Assembly: GCA_022450705.1 (NCBI GenBank)
Contig: JAKUPP010000002.1
Coordinates: 1 to 62,213 of the forward strand
DNA from: Alphaproteobacteria bacterium
GTDB taxonomy: Bacteria; Pseudomonadota; Alphaproteobacteria; GCA-002720895
DNA: 62,213 nt
Reading direction: 5' to 3'
The notes beneath the pieces were generated by a model, which made no database searches, was not told the DNA's origin, and saw only the letters and a program-made list of their open reading frames with translations. The position numbers and the translations under genes were made by a program. How positions within the stretch are numbered: the first letter of the stretch is position 1; each line of letters begins with the position of its first letter. Of the stretch, positions 38,198 to 47,806 are shown piece by piece.

Positions 38198-40000
38198 ATG
38201 AAAATTTCTAATATTAGAAACTTTGCGATTATTGCGCATATAGATCATGGAAAATCGACTTTAGCTGATAGATTAATCCAGTTTTGTGGAGGAATATCAC
38301 AAAGAGAATTTAGAGAACAATTACTAGACTCTATGGATATTGAGAGAGAAAGAGGAATTACTATTAAGGCTCAAACTGTACAACTAAATTATAAATATGA
38401 GAATGAAGAATATAAATTAAATTTAATTGATACCCCAGGACATGTAGATTTTGCTTATGAAGTAAATAGATCATTAGCGGCTTGTGAAGGCTCAATTTTA
38501 GTTGTAGATAGCACTCAAGGAGTTGAAGCTCAAACTTTGGCAAATTCCTATCAAGCTATTTCTAATAATCATGAAATAATACCTGTTCTTAATAAAATAG
38601 ATTTACCAGCAGCGAATCCTGAAAATGTTATTAAACAAATTGAAGATATAATAGGTATTGAAGCAAAAGATGCGATTAAGATTTCTGCTAAGACAGGAGA
38701 AGGTGTTAAAGATTTATTAAATTTGTTGGTTAAAAATTTACCAGCACCCGAGGGAATTGACGAAAACCCACTACAAGTTTTTGTTATTGATAGTTGGTAT
38801 GATAAATATCTTGGAGTAATTACTTTAGTAAGAGTAAAAAATGGAATTCTTAAAGTAGGACAAAAAATTCAAATGATGTCTAACAAAGTATCTTACGATA
38901 TTGAGAAAGTTGGAGTATTTACACCCAAATTAAAGTATGTAGATAAATTAACTGCAGGCGAAATAGGATTTATTACAGCAGGCATTAAAAGAGTTGCCGA
39001 TTCCAAAATAGGAGATACGTTAACAGAAGAAAAAGAACCGTGTGATAAAGCACTTCCAGGTTTTAAACCTTCACAACCCGTTGTTTTTTGTGGGTTATTT
39101 CCATACGATAGTTCACAATTTAATGATTTTAAAGATAGTTTAGAAAAATTAAGTTTAAATGACTCTAGTTTTTCTTATGAACAAGAATCTTCTGCTGCTT
39201 TAGGACAAGGATTTCGTTGTGGTTTTTTGGGATTACTGCATATGGAAGTAATAAGGGAAAGATTAGAAAGAGAATTTAATTTACAACTTATAACAACCGC
39301 ACCCAGCGTCGTTTATCAAATAACAGATAATAATAATAAAATAAAGAAAATACAAAACCCCATTGATTTTCCTGATCCATCTCTAATAAGTAAAATGGAA
39401 GAACCATGGGTTACTTCAACAATTATTGTTCCCCAGAATTATTTAGGCAGTGTTTTTGAATTATGTGAATCAAGAAGAGGAAAACAGATCGATCATAATT
39501 TTATTGGGAAAACAGCAGTTGTAAAATATAAACTTCCTTTAGCTGAGACCATTATTGATTTTTATGATCGTTTAAAATCAATAACAACAGGTTATGCAAG
39601 TTTTGATTATCAAATAGATGGATATAAAGAAAGTAAATTAATAAAATTAAATATTTTAGTTAATCAAGAAATAGTTGAACCATTGTCAATTATTATCCAT
39701 GCAACCCATGCTGAACAAAGAGGAAGAGAAATTTGCAAAAGGTTAAAAGATGTTCTTCCTAGACAGCAATATAAATTGCCGATTCAAGCAGCTATAGGTG
39801 GAAAAATTATTGCAAGAGAAACAGTTCCAGCATATAGAAAAGATGTAACAGGAAGTTTATATGGCGGAGATAGAACAAGAAAAGATAAATTACTAAAAAA
39901 ACAAAAAAAAGGAAAACAACGTTTGAAACAATTTGGTAAAGTCGATATCCCGCAATCTGCATTTTTAGAAGCTCTTAAAACTAGCGAAAATAATAAATAA
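38198..40000 (+). CDS. lepA: Elongation factor 4 (translational GTPase LepA)
   Basis: G motifs [22 protein letters not shown], and the LepA-specific C-terminal domain. Confidence 0.96.
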   Translation: MKISNIRNFAIIAHIDHGKSTLADRLIQFCGGISQREFREQLLDSMDIERERGITIKAQTVQLNYKYENEEYKLNLIDTPGHVDFAYEVNRSLAACEGSILVVDSTQGVEAQTLANSYQAISNNHEIIPVLNKIDLPAANPENVIKQIEDIIGIEAKDAIKISAKTGEGVKDLLNLLVKNLPAPEGIDENPLQVFVIDSWYDKYLGVITLVRVKNGILKVGQKIQMMSNKVSYDIEKVGVFTPKLKYVDKLTAGEIGFITAGIKRVADSKIGDTLTEEKEPCDKALPGFKPSQPVVFCGLFPYDSSQFNDFKDSLEKLSLNDSSFSYEQESSAALGQGFRCGFLGLLHMEVIRERLEREFNLQLITTAPSVVYQITDNNNKIKKIQNPIDFPDPSLISKMEEPWVTSTIIVPQNYLGSVFELCESRRGKQIDHNFIGKTAVVKYKLPLAETIIDFYDRLKSITTGYASFDYQIDGYKESKLIKLNILVNQEIVEPLSIIIHATHAEQRGREICKRLKDVLPRQQYKLPIQAAIGGKIIARETVPAYRKDVTGSLYGGDRTRKDKLLKKQKKGKQRLKQFGKVDIPQSAFLEALKTSENNK

Positions 40001-40020
40001 TATTATTATATATTTATTTA

Positions 40021-40110
40021 GGACAGGTGTCAGAGTGGTCGATTGTGCATCCTTGGAAAGGATGTGTTCTAGCAATAGAACCGGGAGTTCGAATCTCCCC
40101 CTGTCCGCCA
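40021..40110 (+). tRNA. tRNA-Ser (anticodon GGA), CCA encoded
   Basis: Manual fold: acceptor GGACAGG/CCTGTCC, anticodon arm CATCC-TTGGAAA-GGATG, long variable arm TGTTCTAGCAATAGAACC, T-arm GGGAG-TTCGAAT-CTCCC. Confidence 0.9.
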
Positions 40111-40114
40111 TTTT

Positions 40115-40190
40115 TGGTGCCCCCTACGAGTTTCGAACTCGTGTTTCCGCGTTGAGAACGCAGCGTCCTAGACCACTAGACGAAGGGGAC
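40115..40190 (-). tRNA. tRNA-Glu (anticodon CUC), CCA encoded
   Basis: The reverse complement GTCCCCTTCGTCTAGTGGTCTAGGACGCTGCGTTCTCAACGCGGAAACACGAGTTCGAAACTCGTAGGGGGCACCA aligns position by position with E. coli tRNA-Glu. Anticodon loop is TT-CTC-AA. Confidence 0.85.
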
Positions 40191-40255
40191 GAATCTATTA
40201 ATATTTTAGTTTTTTTTACTAGAAATTAAATTTTAAAATATTACTCTTATTTTCT

Positions 40256-40666
40256 ATGACCAAGGCATTAATATTATCTTCAGGAATAGCTTTTGTTCTT
40301 TTTTTAATTATAGACTTTGTTTGGTTGTCAATTGCAGTTAAATATATTTATAAACCTGCTTTAGGCTCTCTATTATTAAATAAGCCAATTCTATCCGCAG
40401 CTTTATTATTTTATGTTTTATATATATTTGGACTCACATTTCTTATTTTATTACCTAATTTAAAGGACTTTCAAATTTTTAATGCATTTTGGATGGGAGC
40501 TATATTTGGTTTAGTTGCGTATGGAACATATGATTTAACAAATCTTGCAACAATTAAAGGATGGTCTTTGAAAGTGACAATTATTGATTTAATTTGGGGT
40601 GGCATTTTAACATCAACTGTATCAGGCTTAACTATATGGATTATGAGCAAAATTAATCCTATATAA
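40256..40666 (+). CDS. DUF2177-family integral membrane protein
   Basis: 136 aa, four TM helices, N-terminal IIDFVWLS and central YGTYDLTN blocks typical of DUF2177. Confidence 0.6.
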   Translation: MTKALILSSGIAFVLFLIIDFVWLSIAVKYIYKPALGSLLLNKPILSAALLFYVLYIFGLTFLILLPNLKDFQIFNAFWMGAIFGLVAYGTYDLTNLATIKGWSLKVTIIDLIWGGILTSTVSGLTIWIMSKINPI

Positions 40667-40671
40667 TATAT

Positions 40672-41451
40672 ATGTTAGATATTAATAAATGTATTTGGAT
40701 CACTGGAGCCAGCACAGGAATTGGCAAAACGCTTGCATTAAAATTAGCTCGAGAAGGATTTAAAGTCGCTGCCAGCGCAAGATCAATAGAAAATTTAAAA
40801 AAATTAAGTAATGAATCTAAATCCTTAAAAGGATCTATAAACATTTATAGTTTAGATATAAATATTAGAAAGAATGTAGTCTCAACTTTTAACAAAATTG
40901 AAAAAGATTTAGGAAGTATAGGAACAGTAATTTTAAATGCTGCAATTAACCAACCAACAAATAGTCAGAATTTTTCATCTCAAAAAATGGAGAATATAAT
41001 GAATACCAATTATGTAGGAACAGTTAACTGTCTCGAACCAGTTATAAAAAATTTTACAAAAAGAAAGAATGGTAAAATAGCAATAGTTGCATCTTTGGCT
41101 GGTTATATTGGTTTTCCATATTCATCAGCTTATTGTCCTACTAAAGCAGCATTAATTAGTTTATGTGAATCTTTGAGATCTGATTTACAACAATATAATG
41201 TAACTTTACAACTTATAAATCCAGGTTTTGTTAAAACACCTATGACAGATAAAAATGAATTTTATATGCCTTTTTTAATTTCTAGTGAGAAATCTGCAAA
41301 ATATATTTATAACGGTTTACAAACAAATCGTTTCGAAATTTTTTATCCTAAAATATTTGGATATATATTAAAAGTTTTAAGAATTCTTCCTTATTTTTTA
41401 TTACTTCCAGTTTTAAAATCAATGCTAAAAAAATATAGTATGAGAAAATAA
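40672..41451 (+). CDS. Short-chain dehydrogenase/reductase (classical SDR)
   Basis: TGASTGIGK cofactor motif and catalytic S...YCPTK tetrad region. Confidence 0.85.
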   Translation: MLDINKCIWITGASTGIGKTLALKLAREGFKVAASARSIENLKKLSNESKSLKGSINIYSLDINIRKNVVSTFNKIEKDLGSIGTVILNAAINQPTNSQNFSSQKMENIMNTNYVGTVNCLEPVIKNFTKRKNGKIAIVASLAGYIGFPYSSAYCPTKAALISLCESLRSDLQQYNVTLQLINPGFVKTPMTDKNEFYMPFLISSEKSAKYIYNGLQTNRFEIFYPKIFGYILKVLRILPYFLLLPVLKSMLKKYSMRK

Positions 41452-42618
41452 TTATTCTTTATTTTTGATTCCTATTTGGACAACATCAAGAGTTCCTTGT
41501 TCAAATCCAGTTTCACAATAATTTAAATAATATTCCCACATTCTTTTAAATCTCTCATCAAATCCAAGATGCTTTATAGATTTCCATGAATTTCTAAATC
41601 TTAAAAACCATTCTCTTAAAGTTTTTGAATAATCTTTACCAAAATCTTTCATAGATGTTTGTGAAAGACCATTACGCAAAATTATTTTTTGTAGAATTTC
41701 TTTTGATGGCAACATTCCACCTGGAAAAATATATTTTTGTATAAAATCTAAATTATTTTTTTTGTAATTTAAAAATCTTTTATTTTGAATAGTTATTATC
41801 TGAAAAGCCGCAAAACCATTTGGTTTTAACAATTGTTTAATTTTTTTAAAATATAAATCCCAATATTTTTCACCAACTGCTTCAAACATTTCTATTGAAG
41901 CGATCCTATCAAATTTTCCTTCAAGATTTCTGTAATCTATTAATTTCACATTAATTTTTTTTTTTAAATTTAGATTTTGCACTTTATTTTTAACATATAA
42001 AAATTGTCTTTTACTTAAAGTAATACATGTTACTTTACATTTATATTTTTTGGCTACATAAATAGCAAAACTACCCCAACCACACCCTATTTCTAAGATG
42101 TGATGATTAGATTTTAATTTTAGTAATTTACAAATTTTTTCTAATTTATTAATCTGCGCAGTTTCTAAATCATTTTTTTCAGCACTATAAATTCCTGATG
42201 AATATGTTAAATTTTTATCTAACCAGTGTTTAAAAAAATCATTTCCTAAATCGTAGTGATATGAAATATTTCTTTTATTTTGATATACTGTATTTTCTGT
42301 TAGTTTTTTTCTTACATAACCCAAGATTCTTATAAATAAATTTTTTTTAAAAATAAAATTTAGATATTTCTCGTTTTTTACAAAAAAAGTCATTAAGGTT
42401 TTTAAGTCTTCAGTGTGTATATGTCCATCCAAATAAGACTCTGCAAAACCTAGAGAGCCATTACTTAAAATTTTGTTTATTGATTCATAAGATTTAATTT
42501 CAATTTTTGCTTTAGGCTCTTTTGTATTTCCAAAAAATTTATATTTTTTTTTCTCAGGCGTGATAATTTCTATTTTTCCATATTTAATCTTTGAAATTTG
42601 CTTTAAGAACTCGTTCAT
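41452..42618 (-). CDS. Cyclopropane-fatty-acyl-phospholipid synthase-like SAM-dependent methyltransferase
   Basis: CMAS-family length (388 aa), SAM motif ILEIGCGWGSFAIYVA, C-terminal WEYYLNYCETGF block. Confidence 0.8.
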   Translation of the reverse strand: MNEFLKQISKIKYGKIEIITPEKKKYKFFGNTKEPKAKIEIKSYESINKILSNGSLGFAESYLDGHIHTEDLKTLMTFFVKNEKYLNFIFKKNLFIRILGYVRKKLTENTVYQNKRNISYHYDLGNDFFKHWLDKNLTYSSGIYSAEKNDLETAQINKLEKICKLLKLKSNHHILEIGCGWGSFAIYVAKKYKCKVTCITLSKRQFLYVKNKVQNLNLKKKINVKLIDYRNLEGKFDRIASIEMFEAVGEKYWDLYFKKIKQLLKPNGFAAFQIITIQNKRFLNYKKNNLDFIQKYIFPGGMLPSKEILQKIILRNGLSQTSMKDFGKDYSKTLREWFLRFRNSWKSIKHLGFDERFKRMWEYYLNYCETGFEQGTLDVVQIGIKNKE

Positions 42619-43400
42619 TTTTTTATAATTGTAAAATTTTTTTTTAGAACAGGTTTTTTATAATACTTTGCACCTTTGAATATAAAGATTTTAAAAGCTT
42701 CAAAATATATTGCCAAAATAACTTTAATAGTTAAAAAAGGAAACTTAATTAACAATGATAAAAAATTATTAAAATTTAATTCTTGATATTTACAATCGAG
42801 TATCGCTTGAAAGACTTTTTTTTTATTTTTTTCCATAATTATAGAGGAATAAAATTTATTTGAAGGTTTGAAAGTTAAAAAATTATATTTTCCACGCATA
42901 TCCCATAAAGGTGAAACATGAAAATTTTTTTTGCATGAATGTTTATAATATTTTTTTTTTGAATGATCTTTTATTTTAAAAACATAACAGTATTGCTCGT
43001 TAAAAGTATTTTTAACTTGATATATAAGAGCTTTTAAATTTCCATCAAAATCATAGCAAAAAAAAATGCTTAAAGGATTAAACACATAACCAAATATTCT
43101 AGGGATGCTTAAAAGAAATATTTTTGTATTCATATGATTAATATTTATTTTTTTTAATATATTTTTAACCCAGTCTTTAATCTTTTTGTTATTTCTGAAA
43201 CCGTGATCTTTATCATAAATACTAAAAAAATTAAATTTATTATAAGAAAAAAAAGTATATTTTTTTTTTAAATCGTCAAGGTCATCTATATCTATGAAAG
43301 AATAAAAAATATTATAAGTAAATTTATGATTTTTTGGCACAAAACGATTGTGCATTAGAGTTCCTTTATAAAAACAATTATTAGGTAATTTCATTATCAA
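42615..43400 (-). CDS. DUF1365-family protein
   Basis: N-terminal GTLMHNRFVPKNHKFTYNIFY block typical of DUF1365. 4-nt overlap with the CFA-synthase-like gene, 20-nt overlap with the upstream oxidoreductase. Confidence 0.7.
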   Translation of the reverse strand: MIMKLPNNCFYKGTLMHNRFVPKNHKFTYNIFYSFIDIDDLDDLKKKYTFFSYNKFNFFSIYDKDHGFRNNKKIKDWVKNILKKININHMNTKIFLLSIPRIFGYVFNPLSIFFCYDFDGNLKALIYQVKNTFNEQYCYVFKIKDHSKKKYYKHSCKKNFHVSPLWDMRGKYNFLTFKPSNKFYSSIIMEKNKKKVFQAILDCKYQELNFNNFLSLLIKFPFLTIKVILAIYFEAFKIFIFKGAKYYKKPVLKKNFTIIKK

Positions 43401-44625
43401 ATAATTTTGAAATTTTTATTGATGATTTAACACCGTCTTCATGAAAACCATAAGAAAAATAACTCCCACAAAACCATATTTTATTTTTTCCTTGAATTTT
43501 ATTTAATTGATTAGGTATTTCCATACTTTTTTTTGTAAATATTGGGTGAGTGTAGGTAGTTTGGTAAAAAATTTTTTTTGGTTTAATCGGCGAATTTAAA
43601 GTTAAAAAAAAAGGATATTTATTATCAATATTTTGTAATTTATTCATCCAGTAGGTAAATGAAATATAATTCTTATTCTTTTTTTTAAATGATAAATAGT
43701 TCCAACTGGACCATATTTTTTTATTCCTTGGCATTAATCTTTGATCAGAATGTAAATAAACTTTATTTTTACTGTAATGAAAATTTTTTAATAATGATGA
43801 AATTTGAGGATCAATATTTTTTAAAAGATCAGATGCTTCATTAGCATGACATGCACAAACAACATGATCAAATTTAATTATATTTTTATTTGTTAAAACT
43901 AAAATTTTATTTTTTTCTTTTTTAAGTTTAAGAACTTTTATATTTTTTTTAAAATTTGCTGGCGTATTTTGTATTAATTTTTTTACATAATTTTTACTTC
44001 CTCCTTTAACTGTGTACCATTGAGGTCTATTAAAAAATTTAAATAATCCATGATTGTTAAAAAAATTAATAAAAGATATAACTGGCATTTTATTTATATC
44101 ATTTTTTTTTGTTGACCAGATAGCAGAAGCTATTGGATAAATATGTTTTTCCTTAAAAAATTCTGAATAATTTTTTTTATCTAGAAACTCTTTTAAAGTT
44201 AAAGAGCTCTTTTTTTTAAGTTCTAAAGGAGCTTTTATATAAAAATTTATAATTTCTATTAGCATTATCCAATAACTCTTTTTTATTAAATTTCTTTTTT
44301 GAGCAAACAATCCTTTTAAAGTTCCCGAATAATAAAAGTCTTGATTTTTTAGGTCTATTGCAAAGGACATATTACTTTTTTCTATACTAATATTTAATTT
44401 TTTAAACAGATTTACAAGATTGGGATAATTTTTTTTATTAAAAACAATAAAACCTGTATCCACAGGTATTTTTTTTTCTAATTTAACATTTATTGTATTA
44501 CTATGACCGCCAAAATAATTATTCTTTTCATAAACAGTAACGTTAAATTTCTTAGATATTTTCCAGGCTAAATATAATCCAGAGATACCAGAACCTATAA
44601 TTGCAATTTTTTTTTTAGGTTTCAT
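43381..44625 (-). CDS. NAD(P)/FAD-dependent oxidoreductase (amine-oxidase fold)
   Basis: KKIAIIGSGISGLYLAW ... VYEKNNYFGGHSNT dinucleotide-binding motif. 414 aa. Confidence 0.75.
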   Translation of the reverse strand: MKPKKKIAIIGSGISGLYLAWKISKKFNVTVYEKNNYFGGHSNTINVKLEKKIPVDTGFIVFNKKNYPNLVNLFKKLNISIEKSNMSFAIDLKNQDFYYSGTLKGLFAQKRNLIKKSYWIMLIEIINFYIKAPLELKKKSSLTLKEFLDKKNYSEFFKEKHIYPIASAIWSTKKNDINKMPVISFINFFNNHGLFKFFNRPQWYTVKGGSKNYVKKLIQNTPANFKKNIKVLKLKKEKNKILVLTNKNIIKFDHVVCACHANEASDLLKNIDPQISSLLKNFHYSKNKVYLHSDQRLMPRNKKIWSSWNYLSFKKKNKNYISFTYWMNKLQNIDNKYPFFLTLNSPIKPKKIFYQTTYTHPIFTKKSMEIPNQLNKIQGKNKIWFCGSYFSYGFHEDGVKSSIKISKLFDNEIT

Positions 44626-44700
44626 AATTACAAAAATATTTAAGACGTACTTATCCTAGATTCTAAAAAATAGAATTGAATAAATAATATATGTAAGGAA

Positions 44701-44910
44701 TTATATTTGTTTTATATTAACAGCGCTTTGTCTGCCATTTTCCTCTTCAACGTCGTATGATATTTTATCACCTTCGTTAAGTACAGAAATATTGGCTTTT
44801 TGTAACGCAGTAATATGCAAGAACATATCCTTCTCATCGTCATCTTGATCTACAAATCCGTAACCTTTTTTTGGATTAAACCATTTGACTTTGCCGGTTT
44901 TTGAACTCAT
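44701..44910 (-). CDS. cspA: Cold-shock protein (CspA family)
   Basis: GKVKWFNPKKGYGFV (RNP1) and FLHITAL (RNP2-like). 69 aa. Confidence 0.93.
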   Translation of the reverse strand: MSSKTGKVKWFNPKKGYGFVDQDDDEKDMFLHITALQKANISVLNEGDKISYDVEEENGRQSAVNIKQI

Positions 44911-45061
44911 TCTTTCGTTATCTCTATAGTAAAAGTTAATAAATTAATAAGTACCTATTTAAGCAATAATTTAATTTAATGCAATACTTTTAATTTAAAA
45001 AAAGTCTTTATTTTTTTTTTTAAATTTTTGTTATTTTACATTTAATTTGTAAGATATTTTA

Positions 45062-46225
45062 ATGGTCTTAAGAAGTGTAATTAGAAATTTTGTTAAGTTA
45101 GAGTCTTCAAGTGGGATAATTCTTCTTTTTGCAGCTCTGGTTGCTTTAATTTTAAGTAATTCAAGCTTTGCAGATTTATTCAATCATATTCTTCATTTAA
45201 AATTATATCTTGGGACAAACTTACCATTGTTTTACAAATCGATCCAGCATTGGATAAATGATGGAGCGATGGTAATATTTTTTTTCTGTATTGGTTTAGA
45301 AATTAAAAGAGAATTTTTAGAAGGCGAACTTTCCATGCCATCACAGGCTATACTACCAGTTATAGCAGCAGTTGGAGGAATGGCTGTTCCAGCAATCTTT
45401 TATCTATTATTTAATTTTAATAATCCAGAAACATTTCAAGGATGGGCCGTCCCTGCAGCGACTGACATTGCTTTTTCTTTAGGGGTTCTTAGTCTTCTTG
45501 GAAAAAGAGTTCCAATATCATTAAAAATTTTTTTAATGGCGCTTGCAATTATTGATGATTTAGGAGCTATTATAATTATAGCATTATTTTATAGTTCTGA
45601 CTTAGACTTACCCTCTTTGTTTGTTGTTTTGTTTATTTTATTTTTTCTTTATTTATGTAATAAAAGAAATTTACAAAATATTTGGATATATATTGTTCTA
45701 GGTTTCTTGCTTTGGATTTTTATTCAAAATGCTGGATTTCATGCGACCATATCTGGGGTCTTGTTAGCAGCATTTATTCCTCATGAAAAAACAAAACAAG
45801 AATCTTTGCTTACATGTGCTGAAAATAAACTTCATCCCTGGGTTGCTTATTTAATTATGCCATTATTTGCACTAACTAACGCCGGAGTCTATTTGGGCGA
45901 TGTGTCTTTAGCATCCTTATCTAATCCAGTCCCTTTAGGAATTATGGCAGGACTTTTTTTTGGCAAGCAAATTGGAGTTTTTTTTACAACTTTTTTATTA
46001 ATAAAAATGGGCTATGCAAGGTTACCTTCAGAATCTAATTGGATTCAAATGTATGGCATTGCAGTCCTAACAGGAATAGGCTTTACAATGGCAATGTTTA
46101 TAAATTTTCTAGCATTTGATTCTGATATATATATAAATCAAGCTAAGATAGCTATTTTAATTGCTTCATTTCTTGCAGCAGTTTTAGGTTATATCTTACT
46201 TAATTTCAAGAGCAGCAGAAATTAA
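45062..46225 (+). CDS. nhaA: Na+/H+ antiporter NhaA
   Basis: 12-TM protein with ALAIIDDLGAIIIIALFY (conserved Asp pair) and the NhaA N-terminal SSSGIILL block. Confidence 0.93.
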   Translation: MVLRSVIRNFVKLESSSGIILLFAALVALILSNSSFADLFNHILHLKLYLGTNLPLFYKSIQHWINDGAMVIFFFCIGLEIKREFLEGELSMPSQAILPVIAAVGGMAVPAIFYLLFNFNNPETFQGWAVPAATDIAFSLGVLSLLGKRVPISLKIFLMALAIIDDLGAIIIIALFYSSDLDLPSLFVVLFILFFLYLCNKRNLQNIWIYIVLGFLLWIFIQNAGFHATISGVLLAAFIPHEKTKQESLLTCAENKLHPWVAYLIMPLFALTNAGVYLGDVSLASLSNPVPLGIMAGLFFGKQIGVFFTTFLLIKMGYARLPSESNWIQMYGIAVLTGIGFTMAMFINFLAFDSDIYINQAKIAILIASFLAAVLGYILLNFKSSRN

Positions 46226-47803
46226 TTGTTTTGTATACTTTTGTTTAGGAGATTTAAATATTTTGTCAGAGCTTCCACTTTCAACCACTTTACCATTTTT
46301 TAAAACAATTAATTCATGTGCAAGTGATTGCACAACTCTTAAGTCGTGTGAAATAAAAACATAACCCAAATTATTTTCTTTTTGTAATTTTTTTAAAAGA
46401 TTAACAATTTGTGATTGTACGGATAAATCTAATGCAGAAGTTGGCTCATCTAGAATAAGAAAACGTGGTTTTAAAACAACGGCTCTTGCTATGGCTATAC
46501 GTTGTCTTTGACCGCCACTAAACTCATGTGGGTAACGATTTAAAATATTTGTATCAAGTTCGACTTTTTTCAATGTATCTAAAATTAAATTTTCTCTATC
46601 CTTTGAAGTTAAATCATTTTTATGAATTTCTAATCCTTCCTCTATAATTTCTTTTATACTCAATCTTGGCGATAAAGATCCAAATGGGTCCTGGAAAACA
46701 ACTTGAATCTCGCTTCTTAATGGCTTCATTTGTTTAAAATCAAACTTATTAATATTTAATTTATGTTTTTTTTGAAAAAAATTAATGTCTCCATCACTTT
46801 TTATTAATCTTAGAACAGCCATTCCCAAAGTTGTTTTTCCAGATCCAGATTCTCCAACTATTCCTAAAGTTTGCCCTTCAAAAACATTTATATTCACTTT
46901 ATTAACAGCTTTTATAAAACCAGTTGTTTTTCTTAAAAAACCTTTTTTAATTGGATACCATACTTTCAAATCTTTTGTTGATAATAACGGATTTTTATTT
47001 TTAATTTTTACAGGCTTTCCTTTTGGTTCCGAAGCTAAAAGTTTTTTAGTATAGTTATGTTTAGGTTTAGAAAAAATTAGTTTTGTTTTTCCAGATTCAA
47101 CGATTTTCCCGTTTGTCATAACAACAACCTTGTCTGTTATATTTTTAACAATTGTTAAATCATGGGTAATTATTATTAAACTCATTTTTAATTTAGTTTG
47201 TAATTTTTTTAATAAGTTTAAAATTTGGGCTTGGATAGTTACATCTAAAGCAGTAGTTGGTTCGTCAGCAATTAATAAATCCGGATCGTTTGCAAGTGCC
47301 ATTGCAATCATAACTCTTTGTTTTTGGCCGCCTGATAATTGGTGCGGATAATCTTTTAATCTGTTTTTTCCATCTTGAAAACCTACTAAATCTAAAAGTT
47401 CTAGAGCTCTATTCTCTGCTTCTTTATTTGATAACTTTTTATGTAGAAAGAGTACTTCAGTTATTTGTTTTTTAATATTGTGAAGCGGATTAAGAGAAGT
47501 CATGGGTTCTTGAAAAATCATAGATATATTATTCCCTCTAATTTTTTGTAGTTCTTCTTCACTACATTTTAAAATATTTTTGTTTTTATAAAAAATTTCA
47601 CCAGTTGGATGAGAAGCTTTTGGGTAAGGCAATAACTTAAGAACTGAAAGTGCCGTAACAGATTTACCACTTCCTGATTCTCCAACAATTCCAAGCGCTT
47701 CTCCTTTTGCAACATCTAAAGAAATATTCTTTACCGCTGAAGAGATTTTATTTTCAATATTAAATGAAACAGATAAATTATTTATTTTTAAAAGTTTATC
47801 CAT
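46196..47803 (-). CDS. yejF: ABC transporter ATP-binding protein with duplicated ATPase domains (YejF-like)
   Basis: Two Walker A loops (GESGSGKS, GESGSGKT) and two signature motifs (LSGGQKQR, FSGGQRQR). Confidence 0.85.
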   Translation of the reverse strand: MDKLLKINNLSVSFNIENKISSAVKNISLDVAKGEALGIVGESGSGKSVTALSVLKLLPYPKASHPTGEIFYKNKNILKCSEEELQKIRGNNISMIFQEPMTSLNPLHNIKKQITEVLFLHKKLSNKEAENRALELLDLVGFQDGKNRLKDYPHQLSGGQKQRVMIAMALANDPDLLIADEPTTALDVTIQAQILNLLKKLQTKLKMSLIIITHDLTIVKNITDKVVVMTNGKIVESGKTKLIFSKPKHNYTKKLLASEPKGKPVKIKNKNPLLSTKDLKVWYPIKKGFLRKTTGFIKAVNKVNINVFEGQTLGIVGESGSGKTTLGMAVLRLIKSDGDINFFQKKHKLNINKFDFKQMKPLRSEIQVVFQDPFGSLSPRLSIKEIIEEGLEIHKNDLTSKDRENLILDTLKKVELDTNILNRYPHEFSGGQRQRIAIARAVVLKPRFLILDEPTSALDLSVQSQIVNLLKKLQKENNLGYVFISHDLRVVQSLAHELIVLKNGKVVESGSSDKIFKSPKQKYTKQLISAALEIK

Positions 47804-47806
47804 AAT

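Noticed and set aside
40035-40229. 64-aa plus-strand ORF
   Set aside because: It lies entirely across the two tRNA genes. Its openness comes from the G/C-rich tRNA sequence.
40001-40255. tRNA pair as an integration hotspot or genomic island boundary
   Set aside because: There is no integrase, direct repeat of a tRNA 3' end, or compositional shift on either side. The flanking genes are lepA and a conserved lipid-modification cluster.
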